From: Limisphaerales bacterium
Lineage (GTDB): Bacteria > Verrucomicrobiota > Verrucomicrobiia > Limisphaerales > UBA9464
Reading direction: 5' to 3'
Assembly: GCA_965283655.1 (NCBI GenBank)
Contig: CBDIPJ010000015.1
Span: forward strand, 39,339-103,338
Length of the DNA stretch: 64,000 bases
The notes under the pieces are model-generated. The model was not told the origin of the DNA. It did no database searches and saw only the letters and a program-made list of their open reading frames with translations. The position numbers were made by a program, and so were the translations under genes. Below are positions 26,864 through 36,140 of this stretch, in pieces (the stretch's first letter is position 1; each line of letters begins with the position of its first letter).

Positions 26864-26966
26864 TCTGAGGACGCTAGGTGGACGCGAAGGAATCGGAACG
26901 AAAATTTTCGGGAAAGAAGGTGGTGGGCTGGCGGCGGTGAACGTTCCGCGGTATCACCGCGCCAGC

Positions 26967-27542
26967 ATGTTGTTGTTTCGGGAACGCATTCCGTCGGGGT
27001 GGGTGGAGAAGGTCCGGTCGAACATCGGAGCCGTGCTGGTCGATCATGCCCATCTGGAGCGGAAGGCGGCGACGACGGCGATCACGCTGGAGAAGTACCG
27101 GCAATTGTACGGCGAGGTGCACACGCTGAACGCCATCGCGATCGAGGAGTTGCAGCACTTCGAGTTGGTGTTGCAGTTGTTGAAGCGTCGTGGGGTGGAG
27201 TTTGGGCAACCGGTGCGCAGCCCGTGGATCTCCGGAATGATGGGCGCGGTGCGCCATGGGAACAATCGGGAGCAGGTGATCGATCACCTGCTGTGCTGTG
27301 CGTTGATCGAGGGTCGGAGCTGCGAGAAGTTTCAGGTGTTGTCGCGGGAGTTGGTGGCCGAGGAACCCGAACTGGCGACGTTCTACGGCAGTCTGGTGGA
27401 ATCGGAGGGGAACCATTACGCGACGTATCTCCTCATGGCGCGGCACATCGACGAGGCGGAGACGGACCGTCGGCTGGATTGGTTTCTGGATCTCGACGCG
27501 CAGTTGATCCGGGAGCCGCACGCGCTGCCCATCCTGCATTGA
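26967..27542 (+). CDS. miaE: tRNA-(ms2io6A)-hydroxylase MiaE
   Basis: 191 aa from ATG 26967. Diiron ExxH pairs LVDHAHLERKAA...AIEELQHFE...ALIEGRSCEKF...ESEGNHY are typical of MiaE. The N-terminal 235 aa of the track ORF are antisense to 26210-26863. Confidence 0.8.
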   Translation: MLLFRERIPSGWVEKVRSNIGAVLVDHAHLERKAATTAITLEKYRQLYGEVHTLNAIAIEELQHFELVLQLLKRRGVEFGQPVRSPWISGMMGAVRHGNNREQVIDHLLCCALIEGRSCEKFQVLSRELVAEEPELATFYGSLVESEGNHYATYLLMARHIDEAETDRRLDWFLDLDAQLIREPHALPILH

Positions 27543-27562
27543 GCGGGATTTTCCTTCTACCT

Positions 27563-27768
27563 CAGCCTCCTGACGTCGACTGCTACGTTGAAGGGGGTAG
27601 TTGACGACGTGAGGAGACAAGAGGCTGGGGGCGGGCGCATCGTGACACTGCCCCCTTTTGGAAGTGATTCGGGGCGGCGATGTCCTCATCGCCATTGGGA
27701 ATGGCTTTGGAACGGCGACGAGGACGTCGCCACCCCGTTCCTTACGGGGGCAGTGTCAAGATGCGCCC
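27563..27768. repeat. Composite: family A hairpin (27563-27628), then a family B unit (27671-27741) nested in a 23-bp inverted repeat (27633-27655 / 27746-27768)
   Basis: P CAGCCTCCTGACGTCGACTGCTAC with partner GTAGTTGACGACGTGAGGAGACAAGAGGCTGG. The inverted repeat is GGGCGCATCGTGACACTGCCCCC / GGGGGCAGTGTCAAGATGCGCCC. Confidence 0.85.
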
Positions 27769-27831
27769 GCTGGGGGCGGATCCCTCAGTTTCAAGTTTTC
27801 AAGGGCCACACGGGTGGGTACAGGCTTGGGT

Positions 27832-28848
27832 ATGGAGCCTGTACGCGCAGAGGAGTTGCCGCCGGTGGATGCCCACGTGCACATCGTGGGGACAGGTGCC
27901 GGTGGGACGGGATGCTGGTTGGACATGACGAGTGGGTTCCGTCGGTTGCAGGCGCGGTTGCTGCTCGGGGCGATCGGGATGGAGGCATCGTCACTGAAGG
28001 GTGATTTCGACCGGTTGTATGTGGAACACCTGCTGGCGAAGTTGCGGGAGTCGTCGATGCGCGCGGCGGTGATCCTGGCACAGGAGGAGGTCCATGACGG
28101 GCATGGTAAACGGGTGCCCGGGGCAGGCCTGTTCCACGTGCCGAACGGGTATGTGCTGGACCTGGCGCGGAAGCATCGTGAGTTCATCCCAGCGGTTTCG
28201 ATCCATCCGGGACGGCCTGATGCAATGGACGAGTTGGAGCGTTGCCTCGAGGGCGGCGCGGCCATGATGAAGATCCTGCCGAATGTTCAGAACATCGATT
28301 GCTCGAATCGGAAGTTCGCGAAGTTCTGGGAGCGGATGGCCTCGGCGGGATTGCCGCTCCTTTCGCACACGGGGGGCGAGAAGACCTTGCCGGTGGTGGA
28401 TCCGGAGTTGGCGCATCCGCGGCATCTGGAGTTGCCGTTGCAGATGGGGGTCAAGGTCATCGCGGCGCATTGCGCGACCAAGAGCGCATTGTTCGATGCG
28501 AACTGGTTTCCAGACTTTGTCGCAATGACGGAGCGGCATCCGAACCTTTACGGGGACAACAGCGCGTTCAACGTGCTGAACAACCGGATCCGTGGCGACA
28601 CCGTGCCGCGGACGCTGGCGGAGCCGCTGGCATCGCGGATCGTGCATGGCAGCGATTGGCCGGTGCCCGTGAATGGGTGGTGGGCACGAATGAAGGGGTA
28701 CATCGATGCGGAGACGCATCGGCGGTGGCAGAAGCATCCGAACCTCCTTGAGCGGGACTATCAGTTGAAGCGGGCGAAGGGTTATGCGCCGGCGACCTTC
28801 ACGAGGATCTGGAGTCTGATCCGAAGACCGGGGCGGTCAGGGACCTGA
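27832..28848 (+). CDS. Amidohydrolase-family metal-dependent hydrolase
   Basis: VDAHVHIVG, SIHPGRPD, LSHTGGE and HGSDWPVP motifs. ATG at 27832. Confidence 0.7.
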   Translation: MEPVRAEELPPVDAHVHIVGTGAGGTGCWLDMTSGFRRLQARLLLGAIGMEASSLKGDFDRLYVEHLLAKLRESSMRAAVILAQEEVHDGHGKRVPGAGLFHVPNGYVLDLARKHREFIPAVSIHPGRPDAMDELERCLEGGAAMMKILPNVQNIDCSNRKFAKFWERMASAGLPLLSHTGGEKTLPVVDPELAHPRHLELPLQMGVKVIAAHCATKSALFDANWFPDFVAMTERHPNLYGDNSAFNVLNNRIRGDTVPRTLAEPLASRIVHGSDWPVPVNGWWARMKGYIDAETHRRWQKHPNLLERDYQLKRAKGYAPATFTRIWSLIRRPGRSGT

Positions 28849-28904
28849 GGGTGACTGCTGCGCGGAAGCTGTGTTGGAAAACCCATTTTCACACCGGCTC
28901 CGTT

Positions 28905-28973
28905 CGGAACGGGGTGGCGACGTCCTCGTCGCCGTTCCTGAATCTTGTCTGGGCGATGAAGACATCGCCACCC
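28905..28973. repeat. Family B element, inverted orientation
   Basis: GGAACGGGGTGGCGACGTCCTCGTCGCC ... GGCGATGAAGACATCGCCACCCC. Confidence 0.85.
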
Positions 28974-29058
28974 CGACGACGGAGTTCAGGTGCATCCGCC
29001 TCAGGATGGGCGACTCAAAAGGCGGGACGCCTTTCACGGAACGGGGCATCGTTTGGTC

Positions 29059-29883
29059 ATGGATTCGGCGTTGGTCGGGAAGGTGGTGGTGGTCACGGGA
29101 GCTTCCGGAGGCATCGGGATGGCGATGGCGCGGCGGTTCGCGGGGGAGGGGGCGCGCGTGGTGGCGCACTACCGGACCGGACGGGACCGTGCGGAGGGGT
29201 TGGTGAAGGCCTTGGGCAAGGATGCGATGGCGGTTCGGGCGGATCTCACGCGGGAGGCGGACGTTCGTCGGATGTTCGCTACGGTGATGCGCCGGCATGG
29301 CCAGATCGACACGCTGGTCGTCAATGCGGGTTCCTGGGCGAGCGACTCGTTGCCGGTGGACGAGATTCCGCTTCGACGCTGGCGGCAGACGGTGGACGCG
29401 GTGTTGACGTCGGCTTTCCTGAGCCTGCGGGAGTTCAGCCGGGTGATGCGTCGCCAGCGCCGAGGGAATGCGGTGTTGGTGGCTTCGACGGCGGGTGTGT
29501 TTGGCGAGGCGGGCCACCTGGATTACGCGTCGGCGAAGGCGGCGATGGCGTACGGCATGGTGCGGACGTTGAAGAATGAGTTCGCGCGGTTGGCGCCGCA
29601 CACGGCGGACTATTGTGGCGGGCGCATCAACGCGATCTGTCCGGGGTGGACGGTGGTTCCGAGGAACGCGGCGAAGTTGAAGGACGCGTCGACGGTTCGG
29701 AAGGTCACGGCGACCATGGCGCTGCCGCAGATCGGGCGTCCGGACGATATGGCGAACGCGGCGGTGTTCCTGGCCTCGGACGTACTGGCGCGGCACATCA
29801 CGGGGCAAACCCTGGTGGTGGCCGGGGGCATGGAGGGCCGCCTGTTGTGGCAGCCCGACGAGATTGATCCGTCGACGGCGTGA
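29059..29883 (+). CDS. SDR-family oxidoreductase
   Basis: VVVVTGASGGIGMAMA (TGxxxGxG), NAG, and Y...K in YASAKAA. Confidence 0.9.
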   Translation: MDSALVGKVVVVTGASGGIGMAMARRFAGEGARVVAHYRTGRDRAEGLVKALGKDAMAVRADLTREADVRRMFATVMRRHGQIDTLVVNAGSWASDSLPVDEIPLRRWRQTVDAVLTSAFLSLREFSRVMRRQRRGNAVLVASTAGVFGEAGHLDYASAKAAMAYGMVRTLKNEFARLAPHTADYCGGRINAICPGWTVVPRNAAKLKDASTVRKVTATMALPQIGRPDDMANAAVFLASDVLARHITGQTLVVAGGMEGRLLWQPDEIDPSTA

Positions 29884-30127
29884 CTTCGTGGGAGGTCAGA
29901 CGGCGGAGCTGGAGGAGGCGATCCGGGGTGCGGTGGGGGGAGTTTTTCGGGTGATGCGTGTAAGGTACCCATCATTGGTGTTGGTGTGGATGCCGTGTTT
30001 TGCGAACGTTGGTTAATAACACATTTCGGATGTGGAAGGAGTTCTCGGTTGCCCCTTGGTTTGGACCTTGGAGTCATGGTGCTCGTGCCTTTCTCGTCTC
30101 AGGGAGTGTGACTTTCGATATGTCAGG

Positions 30128-32890
30128 ATGACATTCCGTGAACATGAACATCAGCCGGCTCCGGGCTGGCCGCAGGTCATTGGCTTCCTGTTGTCGCGGA
30201 TGACAGGCAAAGGATTCTGGCTGTCTTGCGGGTGGTTACTGATCAGCATTCTGGCTGTTGTCGCCCCGAGCGGATTGAGCGCTCAGCAGTTTGCCGTGCT
30301 GACCAATATCGCAGCCATCAAGCAGCTGACTCCCGAACGCGCCGCGCAAGGCCTGCCTGCCCGTATTTCCGGGGTTGTGACCGGAGGGAATCCATCGGCG
30401 GAGGACCTGTTCGTGGAAGGTGAGGATGGATCCATCTATCTCACTCCCAGCGATCAGATCTCTGGGATCGCCATTGGAGATCGAGTCGTTGTCGAGGGTG
30501 TGACGGATGCGGGGGGATTTGCCCCGCAACTGATTCCGGAACGGGTGGAACGTCTGGGTCGAGGTCCCATTCCGGCCACGATCCAGGTTCGGGATGAGGA
30601 CCTGATCGATGGCCGTCTGGAAGGACGCCGGATCGAGATGGAGGCCCTCGTGATTGCGGCCATGCGTAGGAGCGCTACAACCAATGATTACGTCCAGTTG
30701 GTCCTTGCGGAGACCAACTGGGATGTCACGGCGGACGTATGGGGCGATCCGGAGTTCGATAAGTTGACGGGGCTCCTTGGATCGCGAGTCCGGATCTCAG
30801 GCATCTTCCTGGCGGGGTACAATGCCGAGCGACAGTTGATCATGCGCCGATTGCTGGTGACGGCGGTGGATTCCGTGACGGTGACCCGCAAAGGGGCGGC
30901 CAGGATCCTGGACTATACCCGGACCCCCATTCGCCAGTTGTTGCAGTACGGAGATCATCGCTCCGGTGATGGTTGGGTCCGTCTTGACGGAATCGTGACC
31001 GCGGAGTTGTCGCCGGGTTCTGTGATGTTGCAGGACGAATCGGGTGGAGTCCGGGTGTACTATCGTGGGCCGACCGGGAGTCGACCGGGAGACCGTGTTC
31101 GCCTGTTGGGGGTTCCAAAGTCTGAATCCCGTCGGCGCTGGCTCCCAACGGGTCTTGTGGCCGATGATCCAGCCGAGGGTGTGGTGCTTTTTCGGGCGGA
31201 CGCGGGAGAGATTGCGGGGCGGGGTGAGTTGCCTGAGGCGGTCGATATCGCTGTGACCCAGTTGGGTGAGCGGGAGTACAATCAGCGCCGGGTGCGATTC
31301 TCAGCCCAGGTGCTGGCGGTTGGGTACTCGATGGTGGTCGGGCAGTTTCAAGTCACACTGAATGCAGGCGGGTATTTGTTGGAAGCCCGTGGACCGGCGA
31401 TTTCGGCGGCGGGACTTCCGCGGGCTGGGAGCACGGTATCGGTGACCGGGTTTCTGGATCAGTATGGAGACCCGGATGTGAGCCATCAGGGATTTCACCT
31501 CTACATGACCGGCGCGGACGACGTGAAGTTGGTCGAGGCGCCGCCGGTGGACCTGACGCGGCCGTTGGCCTTTGGCATCGCGGGCTTGGGCGGCTTGGGG
31601 TTGGTGGCCTTGGGATGGGCCTTCGCCCTGCGGCGGAGTGTGCGGGCCCGCACGAAGGAATTGGAGGCTGCGAACGCAGCGAAGAGCCAGTTCCTCGCCA
31701 ACATGAGTCACGAGATCCGGACACCGATGAACGGGGTGATCGGGATGACCAGCCTGCTGCTGGACACGCCCCTCAGTACAAAGCAGAGGCAGTATGCGGA
31801 GATGATCGCGAGCAGCGGTGAGTCCCTGATGGCCGTCATCAACGACATCCTGGACATCTCCAAGATCGAGGCTGGCCGGATCGAGTTCGTCCAGGCGCCC
31901 TTTTGCCTCCAGACCGTATTGGAGGAGGTCCTTTCGCCGATGCGGCCCAAGGCGCATCAGAATGGGGTCGAGGTGTCCGCCACGATTGCCCCCGGCATCC
32001 CGTCGCAGTGGGTCGGAGACTCGTTCCGGATTCGGCAGGTCCTGTTCAATCTGGTGGGCAACGCCGTGAAGTTCACCGAACAGGGTTCGGTGAAGCTCCG
32101 GGTGGGCTTGGTGGCGGCGTCGGATGCCAGTGGCGATGGGAATGGCGTGGCCGCGGGGAATGTGGTGCGGCTGCGGTTTGAGGTTCACGACACGGGAATC
32201 GGGATTTCCCGCGAGGCGATCGATCGGTTGTTTGTGAATTATGCACAAGCGGACCGATCCACGACGCGGCGTTATGGCGGGACGGGTCTGGGGTTGGCGA
32301 TCGCCAAGGAGTTGACCCAGCGGATGGGCGGACAGATCGGGGTGGCGAGCGTGGTGGGAAAGGGGTCCGAGTTCTGGTTTGAACTGCCTCTGGAGGTTGG
32401 GGAGGAGAAGGACATCCGGAATGTCGCTGTTGCCGAAGTCCCGGAACCGTCCAGCCCCGCGCCGGGAGCTTCAGCGTTGCCGGGTGGCCTTCTGATCCCC
32501 CGGGTTCTCGTCGCGGACGACAACCGCGTGAACCAACTGATGATCGTGTCGATGCTGCGTAAGTTTGGATGGGAGTCCGACGTGGTCAGCACCGGTGTGG
32601 CGGCGGTGGCGGCGGCCAAGGCCCGTAATTACGACCTGATCCTGATGGATGTGGAAATGCCCGAGATGGATGGTGTGGAAGCGACACGGCAGATTCGTGA
32701 ATCGGCCGCCGGATCGATTCATTCGCGGGTTTGCATCATTGCCCTGACAGCGCACGCCATGGCGGGAGATCGGGAGCAATTCATGGCGGCGGGCATGGAT
32801 GAGTGTATCACCAAGCCGGCGACCTTGGCGCAGTTGGCTTCGAAGCTGAAACGCTTCCATCCGAGCGTGAACAGTCGACGTGGCGGGTGA
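30128..32890 (+). CDS. Hybrid sensor histidine kinase / response regulator with a large periplasmic sensor region
   Basis: H-box [18 protein letters not shown]; HATPase boxes [17 protein letters not shown] and [10 protein letters not shown]; C-terminal receiver [10 protein letters not shown]...[13 protein letters not shown]. Confidence 0.9.
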   Translation: MTFREHEHQPAPGWPQVIGFLLSRMTGKGFWLSCGWLLISILAVVAPSGLSAQQFAVLTNIAAIKQLTPERAAQGLPARISGVVTGGNPSAEDLFVEGEDGSIYLTPSDQISGIAIGDRVVVEGVTDAGGFAPQLIPERVERLGRGPIPATIQVRDEDLIDGRLEGRRIEMEALVIAAMRRSATTNDYVQLVLAETNWDVTADVWGDPEFDKLTGLLGSRVRISGIFLAGYNAERQLIMRRLLVTAVDSVTVTRKGAARILDYTRTPIRQLLQYGDHRSGDGWVRLDGIVTAELSPGSVMLQDESGGVRVYYRGPTGSRPGDRVRLLGVPKSESRRRWLPTGLVADDPAEGVVLFRADAGEIAGRGELPEAVDIAVTQLGEREYNQRRVRFSAQVLAVGYSMVVGQFQVTLNAGGYLLEARGPAISAAGLPRAGSTVSVTGFLDQYGDPDVSHQGFHLYMTGADDVKLVEAPPVDLTRPLAFGIAGLGGLGLVALGWAFALRRSVRARTKELEAANAAKSQFLANMSHEIRTPMNGVIGMTSLLLDTPLSTKQRQYAEMIASSGESLMAVINDILDISKIEAGRIEFVQAPFCLQTVLEEVLSPMRPKAHQNGVEVSATIAPGIPSQWVGDSFRIRQVLFNLVGNAVKFTEQGSVKLRVGLVAASDASGDGNGVAAGNVVRLRFEVHDTGIGISREAIDRLFVNYAQADRSTTRRYGGTGLGLAIAKELTQRMGGQIGVASVVGKGSEFWFELPLEVGEEKDIRNVAVAEVPEPSSPAPGASALPGGLLIPRVLVADDNRVNQLMIVSMLRKFGWESDVVSTGVAAVAAAKARNYDLILMDVEMPEMDGVEATRQIRESAAGSIHSRVCIIALTAHAMAGDREQFMAAGMDECITKPATLAQLASKLKRFHPSVNSRRGG

Positions 32891-32909
32891 GGGAACAGGA
32901 CCGGGAGAT

Positions 32910-33425
32910 TCAAAAAGGGGAACGGAAGGATTCGACCACCTTGCCGATGATCTGCTCGCGGGGGACGACGGCGTGGACCAGGACGGTGGTGGGCAGGGAG
33001 CGATTGTCGCCGAGGAGGGCGAAGCTGCCTTCGATGAGTCGGCCATTACGGATCTCCAGGTTGCCCGGGGAGACGTTGTAGGTGTCTTCGGCGAGCGGAC
33101 GTCCGTCGACGTGCACGCGTCCGTTGCGGGCATCGATGGTTTCTCCAGGAAGTCCGACGACGCGCTTGATGATGAACTCGTCGCGGAACCGGGCGACGAC
33201 GACGTCGCCACGCGCTGGCGGGGAAGTGTCGAAAGCCCGGGTGTGGACCAGCAAGACGGTGCCTTGGGTGAGTGTTGGTTCCATGCTGCGGCCCTTGACC
33301 AGCACGAGACGGAAATGGGTCCGGGCCAGCGCGAGGAGGAGAAGCAGTCCGACGATGGACCAGCCCAGCAAAACCCGCCGACGGCGTGGCGCGGGTCCTT
33401 GGGGAGCGGCGCCGGAAGCGTTCAC
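32910..33425 (-). CDS. lepB: Signal peptidase I
   Basis: VKGRSMEPTL (Ser box), GDVVVA, IKRVVGLPGE (Lys box) and LLGDNRS. The GTG start overlaps the upstream stop (GTGA). Confidence 0.85.
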   Translation of the reverse strand: MNASGAAPQGPAPRRRRVLLGWSIVGLLLLLALARTHFRLVLVKGRSMEPTLTQGTVLLVHTRAFDTSPPARGDVVVARFRDEFIIKRVVGLPGETIDARNGRVHVDGRPLAEDTYNVSPGNLEIRNGRLIEGSFALLGDNRSLPTTVLVHAVVPREQIIGKVVESFRSPF

Positions 33426-34045
33426 AGGGTTTCCGGCTGGGGTTTGTGACGGAGCAGTTCGCTGAGTTGGGAGCGGCCCTGAAGCGGTCCTGGGGTCCGC
33501 GAGAGGTGGACGAGCGTTCCGATCAGTTCGCTTTGGCGCCCGGTGAGTTCAGCCATGCGGAGCGCTTCGCCAGCGAGTTCGCAGACGAGGGGTTCGAGGG
33601 GTTGGCGGTTGGCGTAATCCTGGTAGACCTCGAGCCAGCGGGCGTGCAGGTGGGCGCGCTTCAAGCCCTGGAGCAGACCGCGCACGGCGAAGGGTTCCGC
33701 ACCGGTGCCTTGGAATCCCGCGGCGGCGTCCTCGAGCATGGCCACGGATTCGGGAACTTCCTGGATTGATTCCGTGGAGTTCAGAACGGGCAGGATGGAG
33801 TCCTTGGGTTCGTTGAGCATCCGCCGCTGGGCGTGGGAAATGTAGCGGAGGCAAAGGGCGTCCAGATTGCTGCGGGCCTGACCAACCTCCGAGAAGGAAT
33901 CCGATGAGTTCAGCAGGATGGAATCCACCACGGCATCCTTGGAGAGGGTGCTGGGGGCGTCTTCGACGAGTCGACCTGCCGAGTATCCGACGAGGCCCGC
34001 GCAGAGCGCTGTGGCGGCGAAGAACGAGAGGATCGATGCGTGCAT
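33422..34045 (-). CDS. Hypothetical exported or membrane-anchored protein
   Basis: 207-aa ORF with the N-terminus MHASILSFFAATALCAGLVGYSAG, translationally coupled to lepB. No family recognised. Confidence 0.45.
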   Translation of the reverse strand: MHASILSFFAATALCAGLVGYSAGRLVEDAPSTLSKDAVVDSILLNSSDSFSEVGQARSNLDALCLRYISHAQRRMLNEPKDSILPVLNSTESIQEVPESVAMLEDAAAGFQGTGAEPFAVRGLLQGLKRAHLHARWLEVYQDYANRQPLEPLVCELAGEALRMAELTGRQSELIGTLVHLSRTPGPLQGRSQLSELLRHKPQPETL

Positions 34046-34298
34046 GTGAGACCTTGAGCTTTGTTGTCTCCGGGAGTGGCCGTCCCGGAGGCTGCGGCTT
34101 CTTACCCGGCAGATGGGCGGAAGGTTTCAGGGGGAGTTTGAAGATTTCAGTTTTGAGTTGGGGGAGTATCCAGTTGCCAGATGCCAGAAGCCTCGGGGAA
34201 CTGGAGGCTTTCCCGCCGGGTGGGGGCATCCGGCCTTCAGAACGGGATCCCACTTGCGGGATGATGGATTCCGGAATTGGGAACCGCGGGTTCTTCCA

Positions 34299-35102
34299 CA
34301 GCCTCCTGACGTCGACTGCTACGATCTGGGTGGGTAGTTGCCGACGTGAGGAGGCAGGCTTGAACCCTTGGACCAGGGACTTCTTCCACAGCCTCGTTAC
34401 CTCGTCTGCTACGCTTGGGGGGCTTGAATCTTGAAACTTCAAACTTGGGACTCCTTCCACAGCCTCCTGACGTCGACTGCTACGATCTGGGTGGGTAGTT
34501 GCCGACGTGAGGAGGCAGGCTTGAACCCTTGGACCAGGGACTTCTTCCACAGCCTCGTTACCTCGTCTGCTACGCTTGGGGGGCTTGAATCTTGAAACTT
34601 CAAACTTGGGACTCCTTCCACAGCCTCCTGATGTCGACTGCTACGATCTGGGTGGGTAGTTGCCGACGTGAGCAGGCAGGCTTGAACCCTTGGACCAGAG
34701 ACTTCTTCCACAGCCTCGTTACCTCGTCTGCTACGCTTGGGGGCTTGAATCTTGAAACTTCAAACTTGGGACTCCTTCCACAGCCTCCTGACGTCGACTG
34801 CTACGATCTGGGTGGGTAGTTGCCGACGTGAGCAGGCAGGCTTGAACCCTTGGACCAGGGACTTCTTCCACAGCCTCGTTACCTCGTCTGCTACGCTTGG
34901 GGGGCTTGAATCTTGAAACTTCAAACTTGGGACTCCTTCCACAGCCTCCTGACGTCGACTGCTACGATCTGGGTGGGTAGTTGCCGACGTGAGCAGGCAG
35001 GCTTGAACCCTTGGACCAGGGACTTCTTCCACAGCCTCGTTACCTCGTCTGCTACGCTTGGGGGCTTGAATCTTGAAACTTCAAACTTGGGACTCCTTCC
35101 AC
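34299..35102. repeat. Tandem array, 5 units of 160-161 bp (family A motifs P, R', Q-direct plus a CTTGAAT/CTTGAAA/CTTCAAA heptad tract)
   Basis: P motifs start at 34299, 34460, 34621, 34781 and 34942. The units differ by a few SNPs or indels. The array fills the divergent spacer between 34045 and 35145. Confidence 0.95.
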
Positions 35103-35144
35103 ACGGGGCTGGCCAGTGCGGGTGGTTCCGTCGGAGGCTGGGGC

Positions 35145-36116
35145 ATGGGTGCGTTGCTGGTGCTGAGTGATGTTCATCGGGCGGGTCCGATCGAGCAGAC
35201 CCGGCGTGGATTCGATGCGCAGGCGGTGGGTAATCCTTTCCTGCGCGGGTTCCAGCGGGTCTACCGGCGCTACGTCTGGATGGATGATCCCATGGCGCAC
35301 AACCATCTGTTGGAAGCCATCGTGCGCCGGGTGCCGGATCCGGAGTGGGTGGTGGCGAACGGGGACTTCACCCTCGACACGGCATTCGTCGGGGTGAGCG
35401 AGGAAGGTGCTTACGAAAGCGCGTCGGAGGCCCTCGCGATCCTGCGTCGGGCCTATGGGGGACGTTTGCGATGCACGCTTGGGGATCACGATATCGGGAA
35501 GAAGAGCTTCATCGGGGATGCTGGCGGCGTGCGTCGGCGGAGTCTCGAACGGTGTGAGTCAGACCTTGGGATCCCGCGGTTATGGCATGAGGATTTTCCG
35601 GGATGGCGATGGATCGGGGTGACGTCGACCCTGGCATCGTGGCCGGTGTTTCGGGTGGAGACACCGCAGGAAGAGCACGCGTGGTGGGCGGAGGCCCACG
35701 CAGCGCATCTTGCGGCGATTGACCGGTTGTTCGCTGAGGCGAACGCGATGGGGTTGCGCACGGTGCTGTTCTGCCACGATCCAACGGCATTGCCTTTCCT
35801 GCGTCGGTTGCCGGGGGTGTCGGCGGCGTTGCCAGTCATCGGGTCGACCGTGATCGGGCACCTGCACACCCGATTGGTGCTGCGGGTGGGGCGGTTGCTG
35901 GCCGGGGTTCCGCAGGTGGGTTGGGCGGGACACAGCATCCGGCGATACACGGCGGCGTTGAATCAGGCCCGGAGTTGGCGGGAATTCCGGGTGCAACTGT
36001 GTCCGTCGCCGACGGGCGTCCAATTGCTCAAGGACGGTGGGTATCTGAAAACGGAATGGCCGCCGACCGGATACGAGGTCCGATGGGCGGCCCATGATCT
36101 GCCCTGGACCGGGTGA
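35145..36116 (+). CDS. Metallophosphoesterase (calcineurin-like)
   Basis: LVLSDVH, NGDFTLD, GDHDIG, CHDP and GHLH motifs. GGAGG lies 8 nt upstream of ATG 35145. The 35073 start in the track lies in the repeat. Confidence 0.75.
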   Translation: MGALLVLSDVHRAGPIEQTRRGFDAQAVGNPFLRGFQRVYRRYVWMDDPMAHNHLLEAIVRRVPDPEWVVANGDFTLDTAFVGVSEEGAYESASEALAILRRAYGGRLRCTLGDHDIGKKSFIGDAGGVRRRSLERCESDLGIPRLWHEDFPGWRWIGVTSTLASWPVFRVETPQEEHAWWAEAHAAHLAAIDRLFAEANAMGLRTVLFCHDPTALPFLRRLPGVSAALPVIGSTVIGHLHTRLVLRVGRLLAGVPQVGWAGHSIRRYTAALNQARSWREFRVQLCPSPTGVQLLKDGGYLKTEWPPTGYEVRWAAHDLPWTG

Positions 36117-36140
36117 GGGTCGCGGGCGTCGGGGGGCGGA

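Noticed and set aside
26262-26966. N-terminal 235 aa of the 426-aa track ORF that ends as MiaE
   Set aside because: This part is antisense to the better-supported 26210-26863 gene and is Ser/Arg/Ala-rich. The MiaE homology begins at the Met at 26967.
29884-30127. Possible structured ncRNA, tRNA or riboswitch in repeat-free spacers (also 38235-38543, 50651-40 upstream of glsA, 56000-56393)
   Set aside because: I could not recognise any tRNA cloverleaf, RNase P, tmRNA or SRP signature, or a known riboswitch core by eye. This needs covariance-model searches, which I cannot run, so nothing is claimed.
30128-32890. Horizontal acquisition of the hybrid histidine kinase (it looks somewhat less GC-rich than its neighbours)
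   Set aside because: This is an impression only. GC content was not computed and there are no flanking mobility genes or tRNA. The evidence is insufficient.
34439-35032. Duplicated 90-aa ORFs (MEEV.GPRVQACLLTSATTHPDRSSR...) and similar ORFs at 5261-6336, 23742-23966, 50475-50750 and 62087-63288
   Set aside because: They lie wholly inside repeat arrays, are open in several frames and on both strands simply because the modules lack stop codons, and have no start context or family resemblance.
34299-35102. CRISPR array (regular 24-29-nt repeats with intervening sequences); the same question applies to 50431-50650
   Set aside because: The intervening sequences are identical from unit to unit, so these are true tandem repeats and not unique spacers. 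The repeats occur in both orientations within a unit, and no cas genes are present in the window.
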